NCBI GenBank assembly: GCA_025201805.1
Contig: MU619243.1
Coordinates: 207,436-271,435 of the forward strand
Direction: 5' to 3'
DNA: 64,000 bases
Source of the DNA: Parasitella parasitica NRRL 2501
Lineage: Eukaryota > Fungi > Mucoromycota
Numbering within the stretch: position 1 is the stretch's first letter; the number at the start of each line of letters is the position of its first letter. Under the pieces are notes generated by a model. It ran no database searches. It had not been told where the DNA came from and saw only the letters and a list, made by a program, of their open reading frames with translations. The position numbers and the translations under genes were made by a program. Below, piece after piece: positions 27,877-40,623 of this stretch.

Positions 27877-29574
27877 ATGACTAAACGAAAAGCAAAGAGT
27901 GAAAATACTTATTCAATTTGGCTTGAGTCTGCATCTAAACTTGTCCCTCCTTACGATTATTTTGCATTTGCGGAATTAGCAAACAATAGCGAATCATTGA
28001 CTAATTCTTCATACCATCAATTGTTGCTAAAAGCTTTATCGCAAGCAAGCATGACCAATACCAACAATATAACTAGTGCTATTAACGAGTACAAGGTAAA
28101 TCTGAATTTGACTTAAAATAATAGTTTATTTAAACCAAAGCTTTTTTTAGAACCGTAATGTAGTAAATAGTGCCTTCAGTAAAAGTTATACAGAATATTG
28201 GAACGCCAGGTCCTCATCAGTCAGCAGCACCCATTTACGTGAGGAGTCGACAAGCATCATTAACGAAGTTCAAGACAGTATTTTTAGCACCATAAGAAAG
28301 AGAGTGAGTACTTGAAACTTTTTTTTATTGGCTGCTATATTCAAACTAACTGACAACCTGATAGATTAAAGCAACCCTTGCTTCAGAAGACGACGCCTCT
28401 GAGTCTTCTTCTAGTAACAACAAAAATACGTCTGCAGAGGAATTTGATATTGCTAATCATTTGAATGAAGGGAATACTCAATTCAAGCTGTAAGTGTGTT
28501 CATTTTCAAATATGTAGTAAAGAATATATTTATAATGTCTTTTTCTAAAAGATTCACTGGTTCCTCTCTTCTAAACCTTGATGATGAGAGACTCACAGGT
28601 CTTGTTGACGAAGAAATCCTACAAGAAATCAAAGTTGCTACTGATTTGCCTCCTTTTCAGCTTAGTGAAGCGGCTACTACGCTCCTAGCTAAAATTGGAG
28701 AGTCTGTTCCAAGTTCGCGCAAGTTACGAGGTATCATTCGAAAGAACACAGGAGAAAACAATGACTTTGATTTGATGGAAATGTACGATATTAACTTTAT
28801 TGAGACCCTTTCGAATCACTAGTATGTAAAGATTTTATCAGCGTATAGTGCTCATTTAACTCCTTTTTTTACAGCTTAAATTTAATGGATAGTCCTTCAA
28901 GTCCTTTGCTTAGCACACAACTAGAAAGAACGGCAGCTGTTAATACTACAATTATCGTTCTTAGCAATTTATTTATTGATGTGAACGATGTAATAGGTCT
29001 TAAATGGTGAATATTAATATATATATTACTTTAATAAGACATGTTACAAATGGTTTCTTTTTTGATAGGTATGAGGTACGCACCCACATGACCGAAAATC
29101 AAAAATGGGATGGAGTTGGATTTAGTATCAACAACAAAAAACTAACACCTGTATTAATCGAGTTCTCTGGAGGGATTAAAGTTAATAACAATGATACAAA
29201 AGAAAATCACGATGTGGTTAAGCTATCTTCTGCTTGTAAAAGATCAATCGATTACATTACGGCTACAACTGACTTAACTGTACCAGTACCCGAGTATGTT
29301 GTAAGATTCTACGGTACGTAAATTTTATTAGTAGGTTTTATTTGGCGTGCACTAATTTGATGTTGCTTTTATAGACGCTCATATCTACTTTGAATCAGTT
29401 ATTAAGTTAGATGAAAATTTCTATGTCCGCAGAACGTATACAGTAGTACCAATTCCCAGTAGGCCTGCTTTGCTTCAACAATTTCTAGCTAAAACAGAGG
29501 ATATGTATCAATGGAGAAATGCAGTAATCACTTTAATTAAGATCGTTGATGAAAAACAAATGCATTACCATTAG
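27877..29574 (+). CDS. Hypothetical protein with a C-terminal PD-(D/E)XK restriction-endonuclease-like domain, 7 exons
   Basis: Six GT-AG introns join without stops; motif order LERT...KWYE...KWDG...LIEFSGG...K...D..KL. Confidence 0.65.
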
Positions 29575-30110
29575 CTTTAGTAGTCTCCACCCTCCCATAT
29601 ACATTTCTATTGCTAGTTTAAAAAATATCAACCAAAGATAACCAAAAAATAAAGAAATGTGTAATATTTGAAAGGTTGCTATAAGTAGATTTATAGTTGA
29701 AATGGATGTTTCTTTATTGTTATAAACTGTTAAGGTATTTAAACTAAATGATATTGCTATGGATTCGGGCATGAAGTTTGAATTGTCTGCGGGCATGGAA
29801 TATATATGGCAGTTGTATTGATGCATACTGACTTTGTCAGGTGTTCTCAGAAAGATGACCAATTGACGCTGGAAGCACTGTAGAAAACTTGGATCTCTGA
29901 ACATGGGCATTCCTGCACAACCATTTTAAGCATTTCTCTGCCCCCCCCCCTCTCCCCCAGCCCTGGGTTTAATAAAAAAAAAATTTTTTTCCATTGTATA
30001 TTCCAGTTTGCTGGCATTGGATTAACAGAAGTGGAGAAAAAAGCAAGGAGCCCTCCACAATTCACTGTTCTTTTTTTCTTTATTTCGTATCACATCAAAA
30101 AACAAAAGAT

Positions 30111-31043
30111 ATGTCTATTGATTCCAACACCAAAACTCCTGCTACTGAGGGACCCAGCTGTCCTATGCCAAAAAAGCAACAAGAAGACGGACCAAGTTGC
30201 CCGATGCCCAGAAAACAAGAACAAGACGGGCCCAGCTGCCCAATGCCTATAAAACAAGAAGAGGGGCCTAGCTGCCCAATGCCCAAGAAATCAGAGCCCA
30301 AACCTGCATCATCTATTCCTCCTGGCTGTCCTATGCACAAGGCCGACGGGGATGAAATCAACAAACTCAACATGATGCCAGATCTCACCCAAACCCCTCA
30401 AAGTGACCAAGAAATCAAATTAGGTACGGAGCGTGTTATCTCATCCATTCCAAAAGCCAAAGGGAGCGGCTCGAAATGGGAATATCCTAGTCCCCAGCAG
30501 TTTTACAACGCATTGAGAAGAAAGGGCTGGGAAACACCTGAGGAAGAGATTGAAACAATGGTTGATATTCACAACTTTTTGAATGAAGAGGCTTGGCAGG
30601 AAGTACTTCAATGGGAGTCCAAGTACAAGTGGTAAGTAAATATGGTATTCTTTTTTTTTTTTTTTTTGCTTCAAAATTGGAGGGAGTTGCTAAAGATCTG
30701 TTGCAGTGATTGTGCTGAGGATCCTTACTTGTCAAAATTCCAAGGCAGACCCCGAGAACTAACACCCAAGGCAAGATGGCATTCATTTTTTGGCTCTCCC
30801 AAGCCCTTTGATAGACATGATTGGTACATTAGTCGTTGTGGACAATCGAGAAGATATGTCATTGATTATTATGAAGCGCCTGAAGAGATACCTGGTGTGC
30901 CAGTTTTCAATTTAGATGTACGTCCAGCGTTAGATGACGTTGAAAGCGTGATGGTTAGATTCAAGGAAGCAGCCAAAGTCAAGTGGGAGCAATGGTTCCC
31001 AACTTCTGCTGCTTCCACCAGCGAAAACAGCAAATCTTCTTGA
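30111..31043 (+). CDS. CYC3: Holocytochrome c synthase (cytochrome c heme lyase), 2 exons
   Basis: CPM heme motifs, SSIPK, WEYPSPQQFYNALRRKG, IHNFLNEEAW, PFDRHDW, RYVIDYY, LDVRPALD; CYC3 versus CYT2 assignment is tentative. Confidence 0.93.
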
Positions 31044-31374
31044 TTTGCTTTACTCATATATCCCCCCCCCCCTCCTCCCTCCCTTTTCTGTTTGTTTCTT
31101 TCACTTGACACGGAAACTATTTAATTTTGGTATGCTATAGAATTGGCTTATTTAATCCCCAGCCAACCCGGTAAAATAAATAAGATCAACTAAATTCAGT
31201 TATCTGGTAGCAAATACATTTTCATGTATTTTCGTATGGCAATCTGGTCAGCCAACAGGGTCTGCATTTCGGATCATGTAAATTGCCCAAACTTGTTTTA
31301 ATTTCACCAATACTTTATTCAATTGAAAAAGCAATTTCACCACAAATCCAATTTACACACACAGTCCTCTCCTC

Positions 31375-32984
31375 TCAATATAGCCTAGCATAATTTAATG
31401 GGTAGCCTGTGGATGGTGCAGGATTAGACAAACTACAGATACATGTATACACCCTAAACATAACTTACTATTTCCTTTCTGTTCCCCACTTGGATAAACA
31501 TGGCGTTTTTTAGTGAATCTAGCTCTTGGTGGAGGCAAGTCGGACGTCGGCCTAAATGTAAATCTTCCTCCCCCTTCTGTCAATGGAACTTGCTGTTGCT
31601 GAGATGCATTAGATGCAAGAGGTGGCAGCGGTGTGGAGGGCGAGGATGTGGATATGGTCGATTGTCCAGGTGTGCGTGGCTTATTAATTATATTGCTTTG
31701 GAATGTACTCGGTGGAGGTGGTAGTGGAGATCTAGGCGGTGTCGCTAATGGAGAATTGCGCTGCACTGAAAATCCAACTGAGGGCGGTTGTTGTGGTGCC
31801 ACTGGAATTGTCGATTTATTTACAGGCATTGGAGGTGGTGCTACTGCTGCTGGTGGCGGTGGTGGTGGTGGTGGTGGCGGTGCTGGAGGAGGGGATACTT
31901 TTCTGCTATTTCCACCCATCACGGTAGGTGGTGGAGGAGGGGGTGCCGCCGGTACGGATGGTGAAACGTTATTGCTACTGCCGAATGGAGATTTGGGAAT
32001 GGCAGGTGGTTGAGCATTGGAGGAAGATCGAGGTCTTCCCCTTGCGAGACTAGGAGGCACAGCCAAACTAGGGTTTGATGGGATGGAAGGGATTGGAGCC
32101 GTTGGTCTAACAGGAAGACCAAATTTGGGAGAAGGTGTTATTCCTTTGAAAGAACTGGAGCCGGGGAGTGTTCTTGAGCCAACTGGCGGTGATGGCACTG
32201 ACCTTGGAGGGGGAGGAGGCACAGGTTTCTGTGGAGAGCTGTTGGATCTAGAACGGCCAGGCACTGGGGGAGCCAATGAAGCCTGAGTCTTTGGAGGCAC
32301 GCCTGCTGCAATAAATCCTGGAGCTGGAGGTGGAGGTGGAGGTGCAGGTACAGGCGCAGGCGCAGGCGCAGAGTTAAATGGTGGGATTGGCGGTGTCCTC
32401 CCAGGGATGGGAGGTGGAGCTTTGAAATTCTTTGGCAATGTATTGTAGCTAGATACAGTGTTATTACTGGATGCTGGAGGACCATTTCTGCCTGGTGGCC
32501 GCGGAGGTGTTGACGTTGGCGAAGAAGGAGCTAAGCATATCCACAAATAGAGTTAGTAAGTGATAAGCTGCTTACACCCAATTCGCCCGTATTTCATACC
32601 TGCTTCTTCTCGACCAGTACTTACAGCAGCTCCTCGTGTTTTTCGAAGCGTTGGCATGCCATTAGCAAAGAGCCCACCTAATTGGGGAGCTGTTGGAGCG
32701 TTATTGGGAACTGGTGGAGCTGAAGCTGTATGTAACATTGATGGCGGAGCGCCCATACCAGGCATTGGAGGTCTTGCCATGCCTCCAGCCGGTGGACCAC
32801 CGCTAGGTTTACCAACTGCAACGTTTTACTTTTAGCTCTCGACTTGGAAAACAAAAAAAAAAAACAAAAAAAAAAAAGCATCTGCTATGACCTTACCAGC
32901 TATAGCAGGTGCTGACCTGTCGTTTGTTTGAGCTTTCTTCAAGGCTTTGCCTTTTTGGATTTGAGACAAGAGTCCGGCATCCAT
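31375..32984 (-). CDS. VRP1: Verprolin/WIP-like actin assembly protein
   Basis: WH2 LLSQIQKGKALKKAQTNDRSAP, LGGLFANGMPTLRKT, polyproline, C-terminal RFTFRPTSDLPPPR...YPSG. Confidence 0.92.
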
Positions 32985-33626
32985 TGTATATTGTATATTG
33001 TATGTATACACTAGAAAGAAGAAAGAGGAAAAAAGAAAAATGAGGACGACAACTGTTTTAATAGTTTGCCAAGCGTACTACCGTATTCGGTGAGCGGGGA
33101 TTACTGTGCTTGGGTTTAGTCAAACATAGCAGTAGTAGGCGAGTGTTATTGGTTGCTTTGTCCATGGTTTGCATTCAAAGCAGACTCTACCGAGCAAGTG
33201 GCTCATTGACTATGCATTCATTGTTAAATATCCTTTTTTTTTTATGTACTGCACAAAGCCGAGAGATTTTAATATTTACATGTAAATATAAAAGAATTTG
33301 GCAAATGACTATGCCATGTTTTCAAATGTCTGGGTGCGAGTTCTTGGCATTGTGTTCAAGGATCCGATAATCTTGCTTTCTTGCCATTGAGCTCAAGCTA
33401 CCGCAAACCAAAACGACGATCACGTTTGAATGGCAACATGAATAAAACTGACAAGAAGCACCCATTGAGAGCCGATGCATTCAGCGAAATACCATATAAA
33501 CTACAAGAGCTCGTAGACGGGTTTTCAAATGGACCTCCTAATGTCCACCTTGTAATTTGTATATAAATCAAAATTGTCGGATGGACGGCAGCCACCCTTT
33601 TTTCTTTCCATTCTCAACAGAAAAAT

Positions 33627-34711
33627 ATGCAAGCGGAAAAAGATCAAACAGCCAAAGACAAAACTGAATCTCAAAACCCTGGATTAAAGGATGAAACAAA
33701 GGCATTTGATTTCAAGGTATAGTATTATCTGGTAATAATCGTTGCATGATGGCCGTGCTAAAGGACGACGGATATACCGCAGAGCCTCCATTTTGGCTGG
33801 TTTGTAGGACATGCGTTGGCGGTATCAAGTAGCAGCATCTTTGCCGTTTCCAATCTGTTCTTTCATCCACTTGGGTTCTTTTACAGAGCCGCCTACATTG
33901 GCATAGTGGCTTCATATGGCATTGTGCTTTGGAATTCATACAAGGTAAACAAAGCTGATAAAGGGGGCGAGGAGGAGGAGGAGGAGGAATTGATAAAGAC
34001 TAAAATATGCTTATTCATCAGCCTTTGACCAACAATGAAATCGATTGCAAACGTGTGCTTTTGGATGAAAATACCCAGTATCTGATTGTCGCAGTCTTCT
34101 TTTTATTCTCTACCAGAATTGCAGGTATGGTTCGATGATTGTTTACTGTAACTGACATTGTTTAACCAACTGTTACACACAACCCATAGTTACGTTGGTG
34201 CCGTTTTTCATTTATTCCGTCTTCCATGTCCTGGAATTTGTCAATGCAGATCTCATCCCCAACCTTGCTCCTCACCAAGCCAAGCTCCAGTCGACCATCA
34301 ACGATATTGCCGCAAAGCACCATGATACATCAATGGCTCTTGCCGCTAAAGTTGAGGTGTGTGGTGTTATGACGCGGCTTGTGCTCGGACTTTTTGTGTA
34401 AGTGTTGTTATATATATTGTGCTTTTTTTTTTTTGCTTCAAGTTGTGCCAATGACATAATTGTGTAGCTTCCAGTCGAGCATTTTATCCGTCCTTGTTTA
34501 CACTCAATTCTTGCGAATGAGGTACTTTATGTCTGGATATACTCGTGAATTTTTGACTCAGCTAGGCACCAAGGCCGACAAAGCATTAACACCACCCACT
34601 GCACACCCCAAGATTCCTCCTGCTGTCATCAATGCATACGCTACCATCAAGGAAAAGCTGGATTTGGGATCACAGCCAGTACCCGCAACAACCGCGAAAA
34701 AGACTTTATAA
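33627..34711 (+). CDS. POM33: TMEM33/Pom33 family ER and nuclear pore membrane protein
   Basis: HFGWFVGH, YGIVL, LLDENTQYL, VPFFIYSVFHV, FLRMRY. Confidence 0.88.
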
Positions 34712-34790
34712 ACGGATCTTTATTCAATGTATAACGCTATTGACAATAAAATAAAAATAAGAAAAAGGAGGAGGATATATAAACAAATTG

Positions 34791-35722
34791 TTAATGGACT
34801 GATACAGGGGGTGATTGATGGAATTGAGGAGTTGGTGAAGACAAGTATGGTTGTGTTGCGCTGGTTTTGTTGACTCTTGAAATAGATGTCTTTTTGATAA
34901 TTGTCTCAGGGCTAAGGGTCGCAGTAGATACAGTGCTGGGTTGGATATGCTGCTGCTTAGATCTTTGTCGTTGAGCCTGATTACCAGCTACTGATTCCTG
35001 CCTTTTTTTGGCTGCCAAGCGGATTTGCTGTTTGATAAAACCTGTCCATATACCACTATTAGATCTTTCAGACAACATACATGTTCGAACAAGTACAAAC
35101 CGTAAAACCAGAAACAGTGGACTGGGAAAAATGCCATCAGTGCAATGACTACCGATCCCAAGGGCTCCATTACCCAAGCGCATTTGATTGCATATGCATG
35201 AAATACGATTCGAGTGGTCAAAAATGTGGCAGCAAACACATAATCCTGACGTAATTGAGATCTTACTGAGCCCAGCGCCAGTATAAATGTAGGCACCTCC
35301 AACGAACACATCATGATAAACACTGCTGTGAGTCGGTTGTGAATGCCCCAGCTTAATACCAGTAGATAGGTGATGTGGTGGATCCATCCTGTAAGCATGT
35401 CGATCTTGCTACGATAGAATACGACGCCAATTACCAAGTCCACTACGAGGAACGTCATGAAAAATGTTGTTGCAATGACTGTCCATGTTCGGTAGACGGC
35501 AATCTCGGCCAGATCTCCTCCATTGGTCAACAATGTGTAAACAAGAGGAATGGAGCACAAGCTGGTAACTGAACTACTTAATAAAGTGCATACATATGCT
35601 CTCTCTTTTTCTGTGCGTGCCAAGTTGCTCTTGTACCAAAAACTGAACCACGATCCAAATAGCACAGCTGATAGAGCGAATGTTGAGATGAACGCTGAAT
35701 CAAATATCGATGCTATAATCAT
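34791..35722 (-). CDS. TLC (TRAM/LAG1/CLN8) domain membrane protein, 2 exons
   Basis: Multi-TM ORF with DLVIG...LTGWIHH, LEVPTFIL, FAATFLTTRIVFH, HCFWF. Confidence 0.85.
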
Positions 35723-37670
35723 TTTGTTGTTGTGGAGGGTAACTGGAAAAAGAAGTAAAAAGAAGGAGCCACGTTATACGACTATATAAGCAAATCAAGA
35801 AAAAGAACGTTTCACTAATACATTATATTCCTTGGTCACGTTATTTGCTCTTTGTTTGGGATATTGAGTCTTTGTTTTGGGTGGGGATTTTGCTATACAA
35901 TCATACCGTAAAAAATATAAACAATACAGTGGACAATGCAATATTTATGTGTGCTTTAAAGGAGTACTATTTTTCCACAGCAAGTCCATTTCAAAAGTCG
36001 AATCATATGCAATGTGAGAACTCCTTGGCTCATCTGTTCTGTGCAAGTGTTATTTCATCATTGATTTGTACACGTAGAACTGCAGCCAACCAAAGGAACA
36101 ACCAGCGCCTTTGAGTCGCCATCATCGCCCCCAGGCACACAATGACAACGGAGCCACTTGATATCCCAAAGAGCAAGTATTTATTCAAACATGGAGTGGT
36201 GCATTGCAGCTTGTAAACTATGCGAAATCTATCAAACATGATTAGTAGTGTTCTACTGACACATGATTTTACAGATTCTTAATTTTCAGCAGCTTTTGGT
36301 CCCACGTAACTCGAATCAATCTTGATATTGGACAATGAAAGTTGTCCTCCGAGTTGAAACTTGCCGGTTGATGTTGAGCATGATGACAGAACTGGTGCAT
36401 GTGTCTTTCTTTAGCGCCTGTATGGATTTATTATCGTGATATGAAGGATAAGAAGGTGACAAGTTGTCAATTAGATTGTAGAGTAGTTTAGTAGCTATGC
36501 TTATACATAGCCCTCTAACCCCAATCATTATCTTGATCACCTGTCAGCTGAATATAGGAAAATTAAAACAATCACAAACAAGAGCTGAATATGATAACCA
36601 TCACTTCATTGATTGAGTATGAACACGCTAACGCTTAAATCACTTGTATTTAACCCAGTTTCTATCTATTATACATAAATACATTCACAGACATAAAAAT
36701 AACCTACAGAAAGCAGAGGTGATATATATCTATGTGATGTACTATATCTCCTCATTCCTTATCTTGAAGTTGGTAGATGATGACTTCTGCAAGCAAATCA
36801 GAGCAAAAAAAAAAGGGTTCTTGAGATGTTGCATCCCTTTGGTATTTGCTTGATGAGAATCACTTTAAACAGTATTTTTTTTTTTTCGTCTGAAGGTCTG
36901 CAGAGATGAGCCAACTAAAATCGATCAATAAAATATCTGTTGGCCCTTCGAGTTCATGGCTCATCATTGTATTTTCATCAACAGACATTCATATACAACA
37001 CCATTCTCATCACAAACCAATTGCTTTTTTGTTTTGTTTTTGGAAACAACTACAACGCCCTTGGTCCAGCTATACATATCTGTTATTATTACCTGACTTG
37101 CTGTAGTAAACTCTGCGACACTATGACTTGGGCTGCGCGTGCCATGTCCACGAAAGTATCTGGTATTTCCATGCTAGTTTCCTCCAGCAAGGATGTATGG
37201 TTGCTTGAACCGCATGCGACATCAATGATAGACTTGGTGTCTTTTGATTCGAGCGTTACCGTGAATCATATATTCTTGGCAATATCATGTGAGTTTGCAA
37301 TCAGCTATAAAAAATTTAGGATCATTTTGGCTCGGTATCCTGATTGATTATGAAAGGGACGCATATTAATGTCATAAACCTCGATGAACAGCTATCACAT
37401 ATACCACCACCGGAATGATCTCACATTCCAGAAATCATAGCATATGGTACAAGAGAAAAAGAAAGAGGAACTGAAAACATTCAAAACGTCATTATCGATT
37501 TTGCCTGATTGGATTTGCTAGCAATAACAATACATAAATCGTAGATAGAACATTTTTTATGTTAACAGCAAATAGCAAAATGACTTGCGATCCCAAGTTT
37601 ACAGCTTACCTGTTGCCAATACTTTTAAGCCTTATGTAGGCAAACATAGCACTATGCAACAGAGTTTATT

Positions 37671-39327
37671 TTAAACCAAGTGGATCAAGTAGTAGGACGA
37701 TTTTCCAACTCTTAAAACACATATTTTCCCATCTATCAAATCAGTCTCTTGGATAGTCTGTTTGACGTTTGTAACGCGGCTATTGTTTAGATAAAATCCA
37801 CCAGCTTTGATTTTCTTTTGGGCATCAGCTAAATATATAGAATCAGTAAATAAAACTTTACATTAACATTTTAAATCCACCTCTTCCTTACACTTGGACT
37901 TTACAGCATTTGTAAGAGATGCAATTTTATCTAAACCTGAGCCAATGACCTCAGATCTTTCTATTTGAATGAATCGACTTGCGTCAGATTTGAATGCTTC
38001 AATTATATGATCTCCAGATAAGGTGCTTAAATCATCTCCAAATAAGACTTTGGTCGCAGTGATTGCCTTGCGTAATCCATCTGCTCCATGCACAAGCTCA
38101 GTTGTCTCATTTGCAAGAGTGGTTTGAGCATATCTTTGTTCTGGCGACTTTTGATGCTGTTTCATGATATCAGAGACCTGCTCTTTTGTTAAAAATGTAA
38201 ACATCTCCAAGTATTTCCCAACATCGACGTCTGTTGTTTTCATCAAAAACTACGAGAGTACATTCAGATATCAATGGAGCACACTGCTTCGTGTGGCAGG
38301 CATTACCTGATAAAAATTAAAGACACTTGTCATGGACTCATCCAGCCAAACCGCATTACCAGCTGATTTTCCAAATTTCTCGCCAGTTGAAGTAAGCAAC
38401 AATGGAATTGTTATTCCAAAGGCCCTTGAATCCATGCTATCTTTTGTTTCCTCTTGCTCGCTTGATCTTTTTCTAGAGATCATGTCGATGCCCGCTGTAA
38501 TATTCCCCCATTGATCACTTCCACCCAGCTTTCATCAATTATCCGTTTAGTCAAGCCGTCTATACTTTGCTCAGTGTCATTTACCTGAATCCTACAACCG
38601 TGGTTCTTGTAAAGATACCAGAAATCATATGCTTGCAAAAGTTGGTACGAAAACTCTGTAAAGCTAATACCCTGTGTGGTATCCATTCTTGATTTGACGC
38701 TTTCTTTTGCCAACATGGTATTGACTCTAGCAAATCTTCCAACAGAACTCAAAAAATCAATGGCTGTCATTGAGCTGAACCAGCTGTAATTGTTCAAGAC
38801 TTTGGGTGTCATGTAATCAGTTTTGTTGAATCCACGTCTCTCTGCATAAGCTGCTCCATTTTTAAAAAATCGATGGATTTGGTTTTGGATACCGGCAACA
38901 TTAACCTCAAGAGTTTCCGGCGATAAAGGTACACGTTCAGACTTGCGACCAGATGGGTCGCCAATGCTTCCAGTAGCTCCTCCAACAAGAGCAATTGTTT
39001 GATGGCCCCGTACATGAAAGTGTAATAATCCCATCAGAGTTACAAGGTTACCTAAATGAAGGCTTTTGGCTGTAGGGTCCACACCACAATAAATGGCTGT
39101 TGGAGAGTTGGTTTTTTCAATTACTTCAGAGCTATGTAGTATCAGTATCATGCAAAAACTGGCATACTATGTATTTATTGCGTTGGTTCGTTTTACCTAG
39201 TAACATTAGAGACAAGACCACGGTGAGTCATGTCTGTAATAACATTGGAATAAGTGCTTAGAAATGCTCTATTGATTTTGAAAGCAGAAATTCGTACTGA
39301 ATTTCTGGCACTCTTTATTATGAACAT
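37671..39327 (-). CDS. MSY1: Mitochondrial tyrosyl-tRNA synthetase
   Basis: YCGVDPTAKSLHLGN, GGATGSIGDPSG, ISFTEFSYQLLQAYDF, GGSDQWGNI, GEKFGKSAGNAVWL, S4-like C-terminus, presequence. Confidence 0.96.
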
Positions 39328-40231
39328 GATGGAAGAAGCACTCCCCCTGGCACCTTTGAATGCCATTAAACAATTGCTTTTTAGTGACTGCAAACGTCAA
39401 AGTAAACATTGTTGTAAAATGTATTCGGTAAAAGCATGCCCGAAGTTGAGCGTTATCACACATTGCCAATAGAAAGGTAAAGCATTCATTCACTCAGCAA
39501 ACGATAATACAATTTTTTTCTTCAAATGCAATTATCGTTACTAAAAAATTTCTAGGTGAAATTTTCTATGCAAAGGACATGGAGGACCAATTCCACAGTA
39601 TTTATCTTGTTAGTCTACCAATGCAATGCATTATATGGCACATGTAACATATATGCTTTAAATAGACCGAAAACAAATTCACAAGTCATACTATTAACTG
39701 ATAACATACTTTTACAATGCGTGATGCTTTCGAACCAAGCCCATTTGACGATGAATGGCTTCTCTCTGCATTAAGCAGACGGGGACTTGCATATTTGACA
39801 CTTTCAGCATTTTCTTCTGCTCTGATCAATGCTGCACAACAGCACCATAGAAAATTAAGTTCTACTAAAACCATTACATTTCTCTTTTCCTAATTACTGC
39901 ACAAAAAGAAAAGAAAAAACTGCTCCAATATGGGCCATAACTCTATCGAAGAGGATTTAATTCTTTTATTGCATACTAGAAATACGCGAGAAGCTATTAA
40001 AAGACAATAAGGATGTATTATGATCGTTTGGTTTAAGTGAGAATGCCGTTCACATCTTCAGCAATCTTATCCTATTGTTGTATTTGTTCGCCGTTGTTGG
40101 AATCATAAACATAGGTTAACGAGATACGAAAACTTTATGGCACTTTATCTAAGGTCGAAATTGAATCTGCCATTGATACTCTTTACAACTACATGATTCA
40201 TTTAAATCAATAATTGAGAAAACTGATTCCC

Positions 40232-40623
40232 TGTAACAATCTACTTGATAGTGTAGGATTTATAGTTATAAAGCAAGAGCTACACATCTTAGACCTGATT
40301 GTGCCTTAACCTTTATCCTGGTGAACAGATCTGTGTTACAGGATTAACCTTCTTGATTTGAAACTCGAAGTCTTTATTCTTTCAAGCGTATAAGATCAAG
40401 GGGCTAAAGCCAACGTGTGTGGGTAAATCAGGGATTTACCCCCACATGCTCCAAATAGTAAAACCCTAGTTACAGTCGCACATTTATGACGTTAGCACAT
40501 AATGTTGGTTTATTAAATACATCTGATACTGTAACTCTTTGGTAGATTCATTTTACTGACTTATTTTGATAAAAAACCCTTTATTTGAAGCGTCTTATCA
40601 TTTTTTACACTTTTACAAAAACA
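40232..40623 (+). mobile_element. Putative 5' LTR and structured leader of the retroelement
   Basis: Begins TGTAAC, has a TATAAA box and several strong hairpins, and lies directly upstream of gag; no second LTR found, so boundaries are uncertain. Confidence 0.45.

Noticed and set aside
33228-33242. ATATCCTTT U12-like donor
   Set aside because: Intergenic, with no CCTTAAC branch site or exon context
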